From NCBI GenBank assembly GCA_964481345.1, contig CAYZTC010000001.1, positions 7,766 to 71,765 on the forward strand: DNA of 64,000 nt, given 5' to 3'. The notes under the pieces were generated by a model. The model was not told the origin of the DNA and made no database searches. It was given only the letters and a program-made list of their open reading frames with translations. This document shows positions 49,018 to 57,940 of the stretch, one piece after another. Every line of letters begins with the position of its first letter. Within the stretch, counting starts at the first letter, position 1. Source of the DNA: an uncultured Candidatus Saccharibacteria bacterium. GTDB lineage: Bacteria > Patescibacteriota > Dojkabacteria > SC72 > JAFGCJ01. The translations under genes were made by a program, and so were the position numbers.

Positions 49018-50697
49018 TTATTCTTCAAGATTTCTAATAAAATCCTTTTCCCATCTATACCTTCTTTCTTCATTATAGTAATTTCCAAGTATGACAACTC
49101 CATAAATTATCAACACTAAAGATACAGTCAAAGCCACTGCTGCAATACCATTAATAGCTGTCTCAGGAAGCTCAGCTATTGTAGATTCCCCTTCTTTATT
49201 TATATTTAGCTCAAGTCCAAGTACTTCTCCATCAGTATCACTAATAGTATATGACTTTACATCACTATCTCCAGCAGCAAGACCTGTCAGAACTAATGTG
49301 TCACTTTGTTCATAATCAAAATATGAATCATAATCAGCTGTTCTTACTGACCCTAAATCAAAAAGCCAGTCACCATCAGAATCTGTTGCTACTGAAACTA
49401 TAGAGGAATCTGATGATCCAGAGGATACCTTACCAAGCACAACTGCATCTGCCAATGCTGTACCAGTCACAACTCCAACTATTGTTTGAGATGTAGGAGG
49501 AGAAGACTGAGTAGCTGGTGTAGTTTGAGAATAGGCTGATCCATTATCATCATACAAAACTCCCCCAGAGCTTATTTTGAAATGGTATGTAGTTTCTGGC
49601 TCAAGGTCTTCCAACGTCACATGATGCATATAGTATTGAGATTGAGAAGTGAGGGAATCTCTGTCATCTACTGCTTCATCTCCAAGGGACGAGGATGTAC
49701 CATAGGTAACATAACCTGTCTCTTTTTCATCGCTTTCCCAAATCACAGAAAAGGAGTTTTCAGTAACGTTTGCAATCCCCACATCTTCTATTGCAGATCC
49801 TGATTCAGACAATTCAGGTGTACCCATAGGTGTTAAAATAATCTCGTCAGAATCTGATGTGTCAGTATCAGAGGTATCTTCTGTAGAGGTGTCGGCTTCA
49901 TCTCCCACATCAAGCATTGAAGAGTCAGAAAATATCTGAGTGGTTGAGACATTTTCATCCATTGTCATTTCAATCGTAGTACCTATTCCAACAGTAGTTT
50001 CCACAATTGCACCACCCTTATCTGCCCCCTGTGCAAATATGTTCATCTTTGTACTATCCGTATAAGAGTAGTTACCACTCAGGGTAGAAGTTCGAATGTG
50101 AGATAGATCGACCTCAAAATTACCAGAGTCATTTGTAAGAGTAGAAACTGGAAATGACCTACTTCCCTCTGCTCCCAAAGTAACATACACAATTGCACTT
50201 TTATTCTCACCATTAGTCACACTACCATAAACTGGATCTGGTGAAGGTGGCACCGAAAAACTTCCTGACGATGCAGTTGTAAAATCAAATGCACCGCCAT
50301 CTTCATCCTTATATTCCTGAGTCCCAGAGCCTATTACAAAGTAATGTTTTGTAGAAGGATCAAGACTGGACATCGTAACATAATGAGTATTTCTTTTTGA
50401 GGTACTTCCCGAACTAACATCTCTAGTATCCTGTGCTATTTGTGCACCATCTCCAAGTTGAGAGGACGTCCCATATTTTATCCATCCTTCAGCTGACAGA
50501 TCTGGGGTGACCCACGAAATGACAACTGAAGTTTCAGTAAGATCACTTATTCTTATCTCTTCAGGAGTAGGGCTAGAAACAGCTCTAGCGCGCCAATCAC
50601 TATAATAATTAAAACCTAAAACACTTATGGGAATAGCAAACAGTATTATTGCTGCAATTATCGTATATGTCTTTTTTTTACGAGGAGATACATACAT
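49018..50697 (-). CDS. Surface protein with two fibronectin-III-like domains and a C-terminal LPETA sorting signal (probable sortase substrate)
   Basis: Two repeats (…ETSVVISWVTPDLSAEGWIKYGTS… and …NSFSVIWESDEKETGYVTYGTS…) separated by a D/S/T-rich linker. The C-terminus ELPETA is followed by a hydrophobic helix and the RRYRWEK tail. Confidence 0.6.
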   Translation of the reverse strand: MYVSPRKKKTYTIIAAIILFAIPISVLGFNYYSDWRARAVSSPTPEEIRISDLTETSVVISWVTPDLSAEGWIKYGTSSQLGDGAQIAQDTRDVSSGSTSKRNTHYVTMSSLDPSTKHYFVIGSGTQEYKDEDGGAFDFTTASSGSFSVPPSPDPVYGSVTNGENKSAIVYVTLGAEGSRSFPVSTLTNDSGNFEVDLSHIRTSTLSGNYSYTDSTKMNIFAQGADKGGAIVETTVGIGTTIEMTMDENVSTTQIFSDSSMLDVGDEADTSTEDTSDTDTSDSDEIILTPMGTPELSESGSAIEDVGIANVTENSFSVIWESDEKETGYVTYGTSSSLGDEAVDDRDSLTSQSQYYMHHVTLEDLEPETTYHFKISSGGVLYDDNGSAYSQTTPATQSSPPTSQTIVGVVTGTALADAVVLGKVSSGSSDSSIVSVATDSDGDWLFDLGSVRTADYDSYFDYEQSDTLVLTGLAAGDSDVKSYTISDTDGEVLGLELNINKEGESTIAELPETAINGIAAVALTVSLVLIIYGVVILGNYYNEERRYRWEKDFIRNLEE

Positions 50698-50755
50698 TAA
50701 AACCAGTATAAAGCATCAAACTGACGATCACAACAAAGAAATAAAGTCATGTGGA

Positions 50756-50998
50756 CTACTCAACCATTTCCCTTATTTTCTCTTTTACATCCCTTTTTAC
50801 TTGGTTTACCTTTGGCTCAATATTTTCCTTCACTTTATCCACTTTTTTACCAAAGTCCTTCGACTTCTTTTTAAGAAGATCCCTAGTCTCTTCTCCAGTC
50901 ATTGGAGTAAAAAGCATTGCCAGTGCAGCACCAACTATACCTCCAATAAATGCTCCAGTAAGAAAACTAGTAACACCTGATTTTTCCTCGTCTCTCAT
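50756..50998 (-). CDS. YtxH-like small membrane/stress protein
   Basis: 80 aa; N-terminal TM (FLTGAFIGGIVGAALAMLF) followed by a charged helical tail, as in the YtxH/DUF948 family. Confidence 0.45.
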   Translation of the reverse strand: MRDEEKSGVTSFLTGAFIGGIVGAALAMLFTPMTGEETRDLLKKKSKDFGKKVDKVKENIEPKVNQVKRDVKEKIREMVE

Positions 50999-51019
50999 TA
51001 TATTTCAGTAATAAATTAG

Positions 51020-51424
51020 CTATTCTAACTCTCCAGGATCATCGACAGGAGACTCATCTTCTGGATAATACTCAGGCTCCTCTTTTGCTGAAGAATTTGA
51101 AGTGTCCTGGTCTTGACCTTCGAAACCTGGGATTTTTCTTTTTATTTTATTAACAAAGGAAGAGATAAGCTCAAATGGTCTAATCACATACCCTGATACA
51201 GTATCCACTGTTTTTTGAACAATACCAAGCATATCATTGATCTTTTTAAACGCCTCTTTCGCTGATGTAATAATTTCCTTAGATTCTTTTACAACAAATC
51301 TAACCTCCCTCATAGTAAGGCCACCTTCCCTTAAAAGCATTGCAGTATAGAAAAGAATCATGCCAAACATGCCTGACAGACCAGCAATTATCACCATCCA
51401 AAACCAAGAAGGAATTTCACTCAT
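51020..51424 (-). CDS. Small membrane protein with acidic C-terminus (DUF948-like?)
   Basis: 134 aa; N-terminal TM (WFWMVIIAGLSGMFGMILFYTAMLL), a helical middle and a D/E/P-rich tail. Confidence 0.4.
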   Translation of the reverse strand: MSEIPSWFWMVIIAGLSGMFGMILFYTAMLLREGGLTMREVRFVVKESKEIITSAKEAFKKINDMLGIVQKTVDTVSGYVIRPFELISSFVNKIKRKIPGFEGQDQDTSNSSAKEEPEYYPEDESPVDDPGELE

Positions 51425-51470
51425 AGACAGACTTTGGCAGTCAATTTATCTTCGGCAAGAGTATCGCACA

Positions 51471-51716
51471 TTAGTTTTTTTCAGTCAATAAACCCATAGG
51501 GGGCCTGTCCCCCTTATCCACAAACCATAATAAACCAGCATTTCTGGCCCCTAAGGTTTGCATACCCTCAGTATGGAAACGAACTAAACTAGACCAACCA
51601 GCATTATTAATCAAATAGCCAGAATCTATCCATTGAATTACGTCATGACAACTCGAACGATTGGATCCTATCGTCTCGCTTCGCGGGACTCCAGGATATG
51701 CGTTCAAGGGATGCAT
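51471..51716 (-). CDS. Orphan GC-rich small ORF (81 aa); coding status uncertain
   Basis: An ATG preceded by the same CCAGGACAAG element found at the rplE start. Composition is GC-rich relative to the genome and it contains the GGGGCCTGTCCCC repeat, so it could instead be part of a structured RNA. Confidence 0.25.
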   Translation of the reverse strand: MHPLNAYPGVPRSETIGSNRSSCHDVIQWIDSGYLINNAGWSSLVRFHTEGMQTLGARNAGLLWFVDKGDRPPMGLLTEKN

Positions 51717-51719
51717 CCG

Positions 51720-51744
51720 CTTGTCCTGGAACGAAGTGATAGGA
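51720..51744. repeat. 25-nt element CTTGTCCTGGAACGAAGTGATAGGA (copy 2) upstream of the orphan ORF
   Basis: Same sequence as at the rplE start. It pairs with 51661-51690 to form a long imperfect stem enclosing the orphan ORF's ATG. Confidence 0.6.
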
Positions 51745-51780
51745 ATAGAGCCTCATACCACAATTCCCATCCTGACAAAC

Positions 51781-53436
51781 TCACAATCCTTTCTTCATAT
51801 ACAACTCACCCATCTCATACCCAAGCCTCTCATAGTACTTCCTAGTCCCCACTGCTGATATAACAGAAATGCCGTTATAACAATCTTCTTTGGATATTTC
51901 TTCAGCAAGTTTAACCAGTTTTGATCCAATTCCAATATGCTGTGCTTTTCCCTTCTCTTTCTTACCGACATCCGCAACCTCACCATACACATGGACCTCC
52001 CGAATCAAAGCATTTATTCCTAGTTCATCGATGAAACATTTTTCTTTGGGCAAACTAAGTCTAAGGAAGCCAGCTAGTTTGTCATCTTTTGTAACATAGG
52101 ATAGAAACATTTCTTTTCCAACAGATGTTTCATACTCAATTTTTTCAACTTTTAGATTAGACCACTTTACTTTTTTTGCTTTAATCTCCCTACATCTAAT
52201 GCACTTACAAGGGGTACCTTGTTTAATCAGTTCATCCTCAACATACTGCCTTAAGTTAGTGACTTTATTACCTTCCACAATGTATTCTCCTGGAATATCC
52301 CGAATTACTCTGGTAAGCCTGCAGTATCGGGGTGTTAGTTTCATCAAATCTTCCAGAAGCTCCTTCAATTCATCACCTACATATGGTTTATATTTCCCAC
52401 TTTTATATAAATTGAACAGTTTTGTTCCTCGCATTATAGATGTTGGGTAAATCTTTAGTTCATCAGGTCTAAAATCCCTTCCCCACAGCCTTTTGTAGTC
52501 TTTTATGTCTTTTTTAACAGTCGACCCGTGGAGGTTTGCCATCCAGTGCGCATGTATCTTAAAGCCTGTCTGTCTAAGCAGTTTAAATGCTTTCTTGGTT
52601 CTCTCAACATCATGTCCTCTATCATTTAACTTCAGTATTTCATCATCTAGTGACTGTACACCTATTTGAACTTTTGTAACACCAAGTTTTCGGTATTTAA
52701 TAATTTCTTCTTCAGTAATATAGTCAGGCCGAGTTTCAACGCACAGTCCAACACATCGACATTTAGCTGTTTCATTATGTTTCTGCAGTCGAAACAGGCT
52801 TTCCCAGGATGGGGCCTGTCCCCGTTCGCCAGCGGCGAACCAGCCTTTGGCTGGCCGGGGACAGGCCCTGTTTAACGCTCTGAAGCACTCAGTCACAAAC
52901 CATACTTTATAATCCTCAGGATAAAAATCCCATGTGCCGCCCAGAATAATCAGCTCAACTTTGTCAGTAGAGTGACCAATGTTTTTCAAAGCTAACAAAC
53001 GGTTGTAAACCTGAAGGTATGGATCAAACTTATTTTCCAGTGCCCTTTGCGCACCAGGCTCCTTCGATACATAGCTTTTGGGAAGATTATCTTCACTTGG
53101 ACAATAGATGCACTTTCCAGGGCACTCATATGGCTTTGTAAGCACTGTGACAACAGCCACCCCAGAAAGCGTCCTTACCGGTTTTCTCCTTATTCGTCTC
53201 TCCAGTAAATCACTTTTTACCAACAGTCCGTTGTCCATAAAATACTTGTATCCAGCAACGAGCTCATCTTTGCTAAAAAACACTCCTTTTTCTTTCAAGT
53301 TGCTCTTCAAAATGGTATGAAGGGAGTTTGATCTCCACTTTTTTGTCCCCTTTATCTCAGTAAAAATCTTCTGAAGCTTTTTACTGTATTTTCTAGGTTT
53401 AAAATTGTCTTTCATAAGCAGGTATAATTGTATCAT
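51781..53436 (-). CDS. elp3: Elp3-family radical-SAM / GNAT tRNA-modification enzyme (elongator protein 3 homologue)
   Basis: …RTLSGVAVVTVLTKPYECPGKCIYCPSE…KFDPYLQVYNRLLALKNIGHSTDKVELIILGGTW… (radical SAM, CxxxCxxC) and a C-terminal GNAT domain (…QHIGIGSKLVKLAEEIS…YYERLGYE). Confidence 0.75.
   Translation of the reverse strand: MIQLYLLMKDNFKPRKYSKKLQKIFTEIKGTKKWRSNSLHTILKSNLKEKGVFFSKDELVAGYKYFMDNGLLVKSDLLERRIRRKPVRTLSGVAVVTVLTKPYECPGKCIYCPSEDNLPKSYVSKEPGAQRALENKFDPYLQVYNRLLALKNIGHSTDKVELIILGGTWDFYPEDYKVWFVTECFRALNRACPRPAKGWFAAGERGQAPSWESLFRLQKHNETAKCRCVGLCVETRPDYITEEEIIKYRKLGVTKVQIGVQSLDDEILKLNDRGHDVERTKKAFKLLRQTGFKIHAHWMANLHGSTVKKDIKDYKRLWGRDFRPDELKIYPTSIMRGTKLFNLYKSGKYKPYVGDELKELLEDLMKLTPRYCRLTRVIRDIPGEYIVEGNKVTNLRQYVEDELIKQGTPCKCIRCREIKAKKVKWSNLKVEKIEYETSVGKEMFLSYVTKDDKLAGFLRLSLPKEKCFIDELGINALIREVHVYGEVADVGKKEKGKAQHIGIGSKLVKLAEEISKEDCYNGISVISAVGTRKYYERLGYEMGELYMKKGL
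52811..52869. repeat. GC-rich palindromic three-way-junction element inserted in-frame in elp3
   Basis: A 13-bp perfect outer stem (gggcctgtccccg/cggggacaggccc) encloses two 6-bp hairpins (ttcgcc-agc-ggcgaa; ccagcc-ttt-ggctgg). It encodes an extra ~17 aa (…PRPAKGWFAAGERGQAPSW…) relative to the Elp3 consensus between the conserved …FRALN and …CVETRPDY. Confidence 0.6.
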
Positions 53437-53441
53437 CAGAA

Positions 53442-54167
53442 ATGAAGGATGATATAGTTCAAAAGTTAAACAAGATAAATACGAGGTTCTACGAAGAAGC
53501 CGCTGAAAGTTTTGACTGCAAAAGAAGAGTCATATTTGGCGGTGTTGATGACTTCATAGGTCACTTGGAGGAAAAAAACTTCACCCCAAAATTCATCCTG
53601 GACATTGCTTGTGGTAACGGGAAGTTCTATCCAGCACTTCATAAGGTATTTCCAGAAGCAAAATACATCGGGATAGATAATAGCCTTCCTCTTATTGAGA
53701 TAGCAAGAAAACGATACACTGCTCCAAATTCAGGTTTTATTCACATAGATGTATTTGATTATCTCAAACTTCCAAATGAAACAAAGTTCGATCTTATCAT
53801 TTTAATAACCTTCATCCATCACATTCCTGAAAAGAAAAACAGAATTAAGTTAATTAAAGATATATCCAAACTTCTTTCTCCAAAAGGATTAATTGTTATA
53901 ACATTCTGGCAGTTTATGGAGAATGAAAAGCTCAGCAAAAAGATACTCAACTGGAAAAATGTGGGTATCGATCCAAAAGATGTCGAAAAAAATGACTACC
54001 TGCTCGGTTGGGATAGACAAGAGGGTATCTACCGCTACTGCCACTACCATGATGACAAGGAGATCGAGGAGATTATCAGCAAAGCTGGCTTGGAAACCAT
54101 CCACTCGTGGGTACAAAAAAACAAATCAGGTAAACTAAACAAAACTATTATCTGCAAGAAAAAATGA
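53442..54167 (+). CDS. Class I SAM-dependent methyltransferase
   Basis: Motif I ILDIACGNGKF and motif II/III spacing typical of Methyltransf_11/25. Confidence 0.65.
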   Translation: MKDDIVQKLNKINTRFYEEAAESFDCKRRVIFGGVDDFIGHLEEKNFTPKFILDIACGNGKFYPALHKVFPEAKYIGIDNSLPLIEIARKRYTAPNSGFIHIDVFDYLKLPNETKFDLIILITFIHHIPEKKNRIKLIKDISKLLSPKGLIVITFWQFMENEKLSKKILNWKNVGIDPKDVEKNDYLLGWDRQEGIYRYCHYHDDKEIEEIISKAGLETIHSWVQKNKSGKLNKTIICKKK

Positions 54168-54595
54168 TATACAGAAAACCTCCAAAAGATTGGAACCCAA
54201 AATATACAGTTGTTAGTTGTATTGTAGAGTGTAACGGTAAGATTTTGCTTCTCAAGAGGGCCCCAAATAAATATGAGGGCAATAAATGGGGTGTTGTTGC
54301 AGGAAAAGTTGAACAAGAAGAAAAGGACATTGATGCTATCATCAGGGAGAGTAAGGAGGAAGCAGGGCTAAGTTTCACACATAAAATGCTTACATCCTTC
54401 AGAACCTATTATGTAGAACACCCCTGGTACAAATTCAGCTATCACGTATACACAAGTAAGATGGATAAGGTTCCAGATATAAAAATAAAAGATGACGAAA
54501 ACACCGAGTATAAATGGGTCACCCCAAAAGATGCGATAACCCCTACTTTAGTCATGGATGAACATATGATTATCGAAGATTATTACGGTTTATAG
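54164..54595 (+). CDS. NUDIX hydrolase (second copy)
   Basis: Nudix box GKVEQEEKDIDAIIRESKEEAGL. Confidence 0.7.
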   Translation: MIYRKPPKDWNPKYTVVSCIVECNGKILLLKRAPNKYEGNKWGVVAGKVEQEEKDIDAIIRESKEEAGLSFTHKMLTSFRTYYVEHPWYKFSYHVYTSKMDKVPDIKIKDDENTEYKWVTPKDAITPTLVMDEHMIIEDYYGL

Positions 54596-54629
54596 ACCGA
54601 GGCCCCGCACAGCGGGATAAACCTGCCTA

Positions 54630-55787
54630 CTACTCCACCACCACCCTCCTCGTAGCCACATCCAGTTTAACCAGTATCACATACGGAATTGTCCCACACG
54701 TCTTAGCAATATTATCTATAGAATTCTTATCCTCACTATTTGAAGAAATCACCTCCACCTTGCTCCACCGAGTAGCCTTTGTTCCTGTCAAATCAAGTGT
54801 TGTCAGATTCATCGAGACTCTCCCAATAATTGGCAAGTATTTATTCTTAAACTTTACAAAACCTTTGTTGCTCAGCCTTCTATCTACTCCCTCATAATAC
54901 CCTAGCGGAAGTACTCCAAGCTTAGTTTTTCTTTTCGTAGTATAGGTACACCCATAGCCTATTTTTTCGTTCTTCGGAATTTCTTTTACATTGATAATTC
55001 GTGACTTCATCCTAAGGCTAGGTTTTAAACCAAGGTAGCTTTTAAACAGAGGATCGTTTGGTACATAAGGGTTATACCCATAAATCGCTTTCCCAACCCT
55101 CAACGCATTAGTCTGAATATCATGTACTTTTAGCGATCCAGCTGATGCACCAATATGAACATACTTTACTGGTCCACAAAGTTTTTTAACCTGTTCAACT
55201 GCCTCCACAAATAGTTTCTTTTGACGCTTGGTATATGAATTACTTGGACAGTCAGCATTTGAGAAGTGAGACATCACTCCCTCAAGTTCAATATTTCTGT
55301 ACTTTTTAATCCCTTTAACAATTTGTTCTATCTGATCTAATTCAATACCTTGCCTCCTCATACCAGTATCAATCTTGAGATGAATCCTCACTCTCTTACC
55401 AATTCTTCCAAGCTCTTTAATTGTGCCAATATCATATACTGCAAGTGCAAGATTCTTAAAATGCAGATTCCTAAGGTTCTTAGGATCCATAACTCCAATC
55501 AGAAGTACTGGTTGCTTAGACACCTCCCAAATTTGCAGTGCCTCAAAATATCCGTCCACAACAGCATATTTAAACTTCCTGGCCTTTAAAATCTCAGCAA
55601 TCTGACTTATCCCATGACCATATGCATTCGATTTAAGAACAGGCCATACATTCATATCGGGATTAAGTTTCTTGATCAGGTCGTAGTTGTGAAGAATATT
55701 TTTCCTGCTTACCTCGATGACATTTAGAGGCTCAAAACCCCTCTCAAATTTCGATATTAGACTTGCTACCTTTTCCCTTATAGACAT
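54630..55787 (-). CDS. alr: Alanine racemase
   Basis: PLP-lysine motif VLKSNAYGHG, TIM-barrel and C-terminal beta domain; 385 aa. Confidence 0.8.
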   Translation of the reverse strand: MSIREKVASLISKFERGFEPLNVIEVSRKNILHNYDLIKKLNPDMNVWPVLKSNAYGHGISQIAEILKARKFKYAVVDGYFEALQIWEVSKQPVLLIGVMDPKNLRNLHFKNLALAVYDIGTIKELGRIGKRVRIHLKIDTGMRRQGIELDQIEQIVKGIKKYRNIELEGVMSHFSNADCPSNSYTKRQKKLFVEAVEQVKKLCGPVKYVHIGASAGSLKVHDIQTNALRVGKAIYGYNPYVPNDPLFKSYLGLKPSLRMKSRIINVKEIPKNEKIGYGCTYTTKRKTKLGVLPLGYYEGVDRRLSNKGFVKFKNKYLPIIGRVSMNLTTLDLTGTKATRWSKVEVISSNSEDKNSIDNIAKTCGTIPYVILVKLDVATRRVVVE

Positions 55788-55875
55788 GCTTTTACTCTAT
55801 ACGAACAATTGAATACTTCATGACATCTTAACAAGTAAAATAATTGCTAAATAACAGACTGCATATTCTGGAGCC

Positions 55876-55896
55876 CTCCGCCTCTGGCGGAGGCGA
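55876..55896. other. GC-rich hairpin between the P-loop kinase gene and alr
   Basis: cctccgc-ctctg-gcggagg: 7-bp GC stem with no U-tract. Confidence 0.3.
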
Positions 55897-55917
55897 TAGA
55901 ACCCCACATTCCCACAA

Positions 55918-56529
55918 CTAATTACCCTTTCTCTCTAAAACCTCATCTAGCCTTCTTTTAACTTCTTCATAATTGTCTCCACTGTATTCTACATAATAAT
56001 CAGCCTCAGATGGTTTGGGTTTGACAAAAGAAGGTTTTTGCACTTTTTCGTATAAATCAACCCAGGCGGGTTTTTCATTATTTTCAACATTTCTTTTATC
56101 CACTTCCCTTAAATTTTTATAAAGTTCTTTTTCAGTAATCTTGTTATAAATAATCATTGTTATAGTACTTGAGTTTGCCTCTTTTGCTTTCGATAGTCTT
56201 GACTTTCTCTTTTCCTCAGAAAGGTTGCAACTATCGAGCAGTACTGAATATCCGTTTGATAACAAAACACCAATCATTGCCTCCCTTACTGAAGAGGTTG
56301 TACTCTGCCTTATCTCAAATCCCTCCCCAGTAACAGTATTGTCATCCTGGTAAATCGGATAGGTTTCGTTTAAAAAATCATGAATTTTGTTAGCATCTAT
56401 CCTAGTAAATACCTTTCCAAAATCTTTTACGATTTTATTGCACAATGTAGATTTGCCAGATTGAGAAAACCCTACAATCATTATAAAAACCGGAGTTTTT
56501 TCCTCTTTTTTTACACTATTCTTATTCAT
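55918..56529 (-). CDS. P-loop NTPase/kinase (AAA_33-like small kinase)
   Basis: Walker A IVGFSQSGKSTL near the N-terminus; 203 aa. Confidence 0.4.
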   Translation of the reverse strand: MNKNSVKKEEKTPVFIMIVGFSQSGKSTLCNKIVKDFGKVFTRIDANKIHDFLNETYPIYQDDNTVTGEGFEIRQSTTSSVREAMIGVLLSNGYSVLLDSCNLSEEKRKSRLSKAKEANSSTITMIIYNKITEKELYKNLREVDKRNVENNEKPAWVDLYEKVQKPSFVKPKPSEADYYVEYSGDNYEEVKRRLDEVLERKGN

Positions 56530-56539
56530 AAAGCCTATT

Positions 56540-57037
56540 TTAAGCTTTTACCAAATACTTTTCAAAGTCCTCCACCACCATCCTCTTCTTACTCCTACCC
56601 TTAGGTATAACTTTGAAACCATCTTTTTCCAAAAGTTTCTTGTGAGCTTCAAGTCCTCCTGGATATTTAGGATTCAATTCACCATCAGCTTTCAGTGTTC
56701 TCCAATATGGTACGCCGTACCCTCTGAAGTCCTTTTTCAACTCCTCCTCGGCGTTTGCTACTATCATTATAAATATTCCAGTAGTAAGTGAACAGCATGC
56801 CTGGACATTATGGTTTTCAGCAAGAATCTTACATATCTCATGAATAGTAATCAGTTTACCTTCTGGGATATTCCTCATGACTTCCAGCACTTCCGATTTC
56901 TTCGTAATCACAACATCGTCACCTTCCTTTGCCCCAAGAAACACTGCTGCCTTATAACATGGAAACTTCTCCTCAAGTTTCAAAATCTTCGGATACCCAT
57001 CCGTATCCTGCAACTTCTCCTCCCATGTTTTTGCCAT
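56540..57037 (-). CDS. MGMT-family DNA-binding protein lacking the catalytic Cys (alkyltransferase-like, ATL)
   Basis: …IPEGKLITIHEICKILA… helix-turn-helix and …GVPYWRTLKADGEL…YPGGLEAHKKLLEKDGFKV, where Tyr-Trp replaces the PCHR cysteine. Confidence 0.45.
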   Translation of the reverse strand: MAKTWEEKLQDTDGYPKILKLEEKFPCYKAAVFLGAKEGDDVVITKKSEVLEVMRNIPEGKLITIHEICKILAENHNVQACCSLTTGIFIMIVANAEEELKKDFRGYGVPYWRTLKADGELNPKYPGGLEAHKKLLEKDGFKVIPKGRSKKRMVVEDFEKYLVKA

Positions 57038-57054
57038 TACTAACAGATTTAAAA

Positions 57055-57303
57055 TTAGTCATACTTAAGTTTCAAATACAATTGAACAAAGACTACTGCA
57101 AGAAAAATCGCGTTCATAATCCCTACCGGCAAGCTTCCAATCATAAATCCATATGCAGTCCAAAGTACCGACCCTAAAGCAGTGGCTGCTATCATCTCCA
57201 GCGAGACATCTTTCACGCTTTTGGTTTTATAGGAAAGAATAACCTGAGGAACAAAACTAATCATTATGAGAAAACCAGCAGCGTAACCAATAAATTCAAC
57301 CAT
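57055..57303 (-). CDS. SemiSWEET (PQ-loop) sugar transporter
   Basis: 82 aa with three TM helices and the PQ motif (…ISFVPQVILSYKTKS…). Confidence 0.7.
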   Translation of the reverse strand: MVEFIGYAAGFLIMISFVPQVILSYKTKSVKDVSLEMIAATALGSVLWTAYGFMIGSLPVGIMNAIFLAVVFVQLYLKLKYD

Positions 57304-57332
57304 TTGTATGACTTAAGAAGTTAATCAATTCA

Positions 57333-57917
57333 TTATACCTTAATCTTTGGACGCAACCTTCCGGTTCTCTTCATATACTCTTCATACTCTTTTCCAAACT
57401 CTTCAATCATCATCCGCTCTTCTGCTTCTACCCTGAAAAGATAAACTGCCCAAAACACAACAAAAATCGATGGTCCAACTATCCAATTATGAAGCATCAT
57501 GAATTGAGCAACTCCCCAATATAGATGAGCAGCATACATTGGATGGCGGATGTATTTAAAGACCCCAGTCGTGATAAGTTTGTGACCCTTACGGATTGCC
57601 AGGTATTCAGTCCAGTTTCTACCAAGATCGTAATGAGATCTCCAAAGCAGCCAGATTGCAAAAAGAAATACTGGAATTCCTAAGTAGCCAATGTAATCGG
57701 GAAGATAATAATCTGCAAAATCAAAACTGTCAGAAAAGACATATACGGCAGGTAGAATCATTCCTACGCCAGCAAAACAAAGAAATAGTGTATCAACAAT
57801 GTTTCTGCTCCCTTTTTCAACAGGCTCTTTTCTGTACCCTCTCATCCCTACCCTTCTTACAATCCCCATAATCAAGTAGCCGATTGCGTATATTATCTTA
57901 AACGTTGAGTTAAACAT
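57333..57917 (-). CDS. Isoprenylcysteine carboxyl methyltransferase / phospholipid methyltransferase family membrane protein
   Basis: …FKYIRHPMYAAHLYW… …EERMMIEEFGKEYEEYMKRTGRL C-terminal signature of the ICMT/PEMT family. Confidence 0.65.
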   Translation of the reverse strand: MFNSTFKIIYAIGYLIMGIVRRVGMRGYRKEPVEKGSRNIVDTLFLCFAGVGMILPAVYVFSDSFDFADYYLPDYIGYLGIPVFLFAIWLLWRSHYDLGRNWTEYLAIRKGHKLITTGVFKYIRHPMYAAHLYWGVAQFMMLHNWIVGPSIFVVFWAVYLFRVEAEERMMIEEFGKEYEEYMKRTGRLRPKIKV

Positions 57918-57940
57918 GATTACATTTTAAAGGAATTACT

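Noticed and set aside
51425-51780. tmRNA, SRP RNA or 6S RNA in the GC-rich intergenic region
   Set aside because: I found no tRNA-like acceptor/T-arm ends with CCA, no SRP domain IV (GGAA tetraloop context), and no tag-peptide reading frame. It is left as an unclassified structured region.
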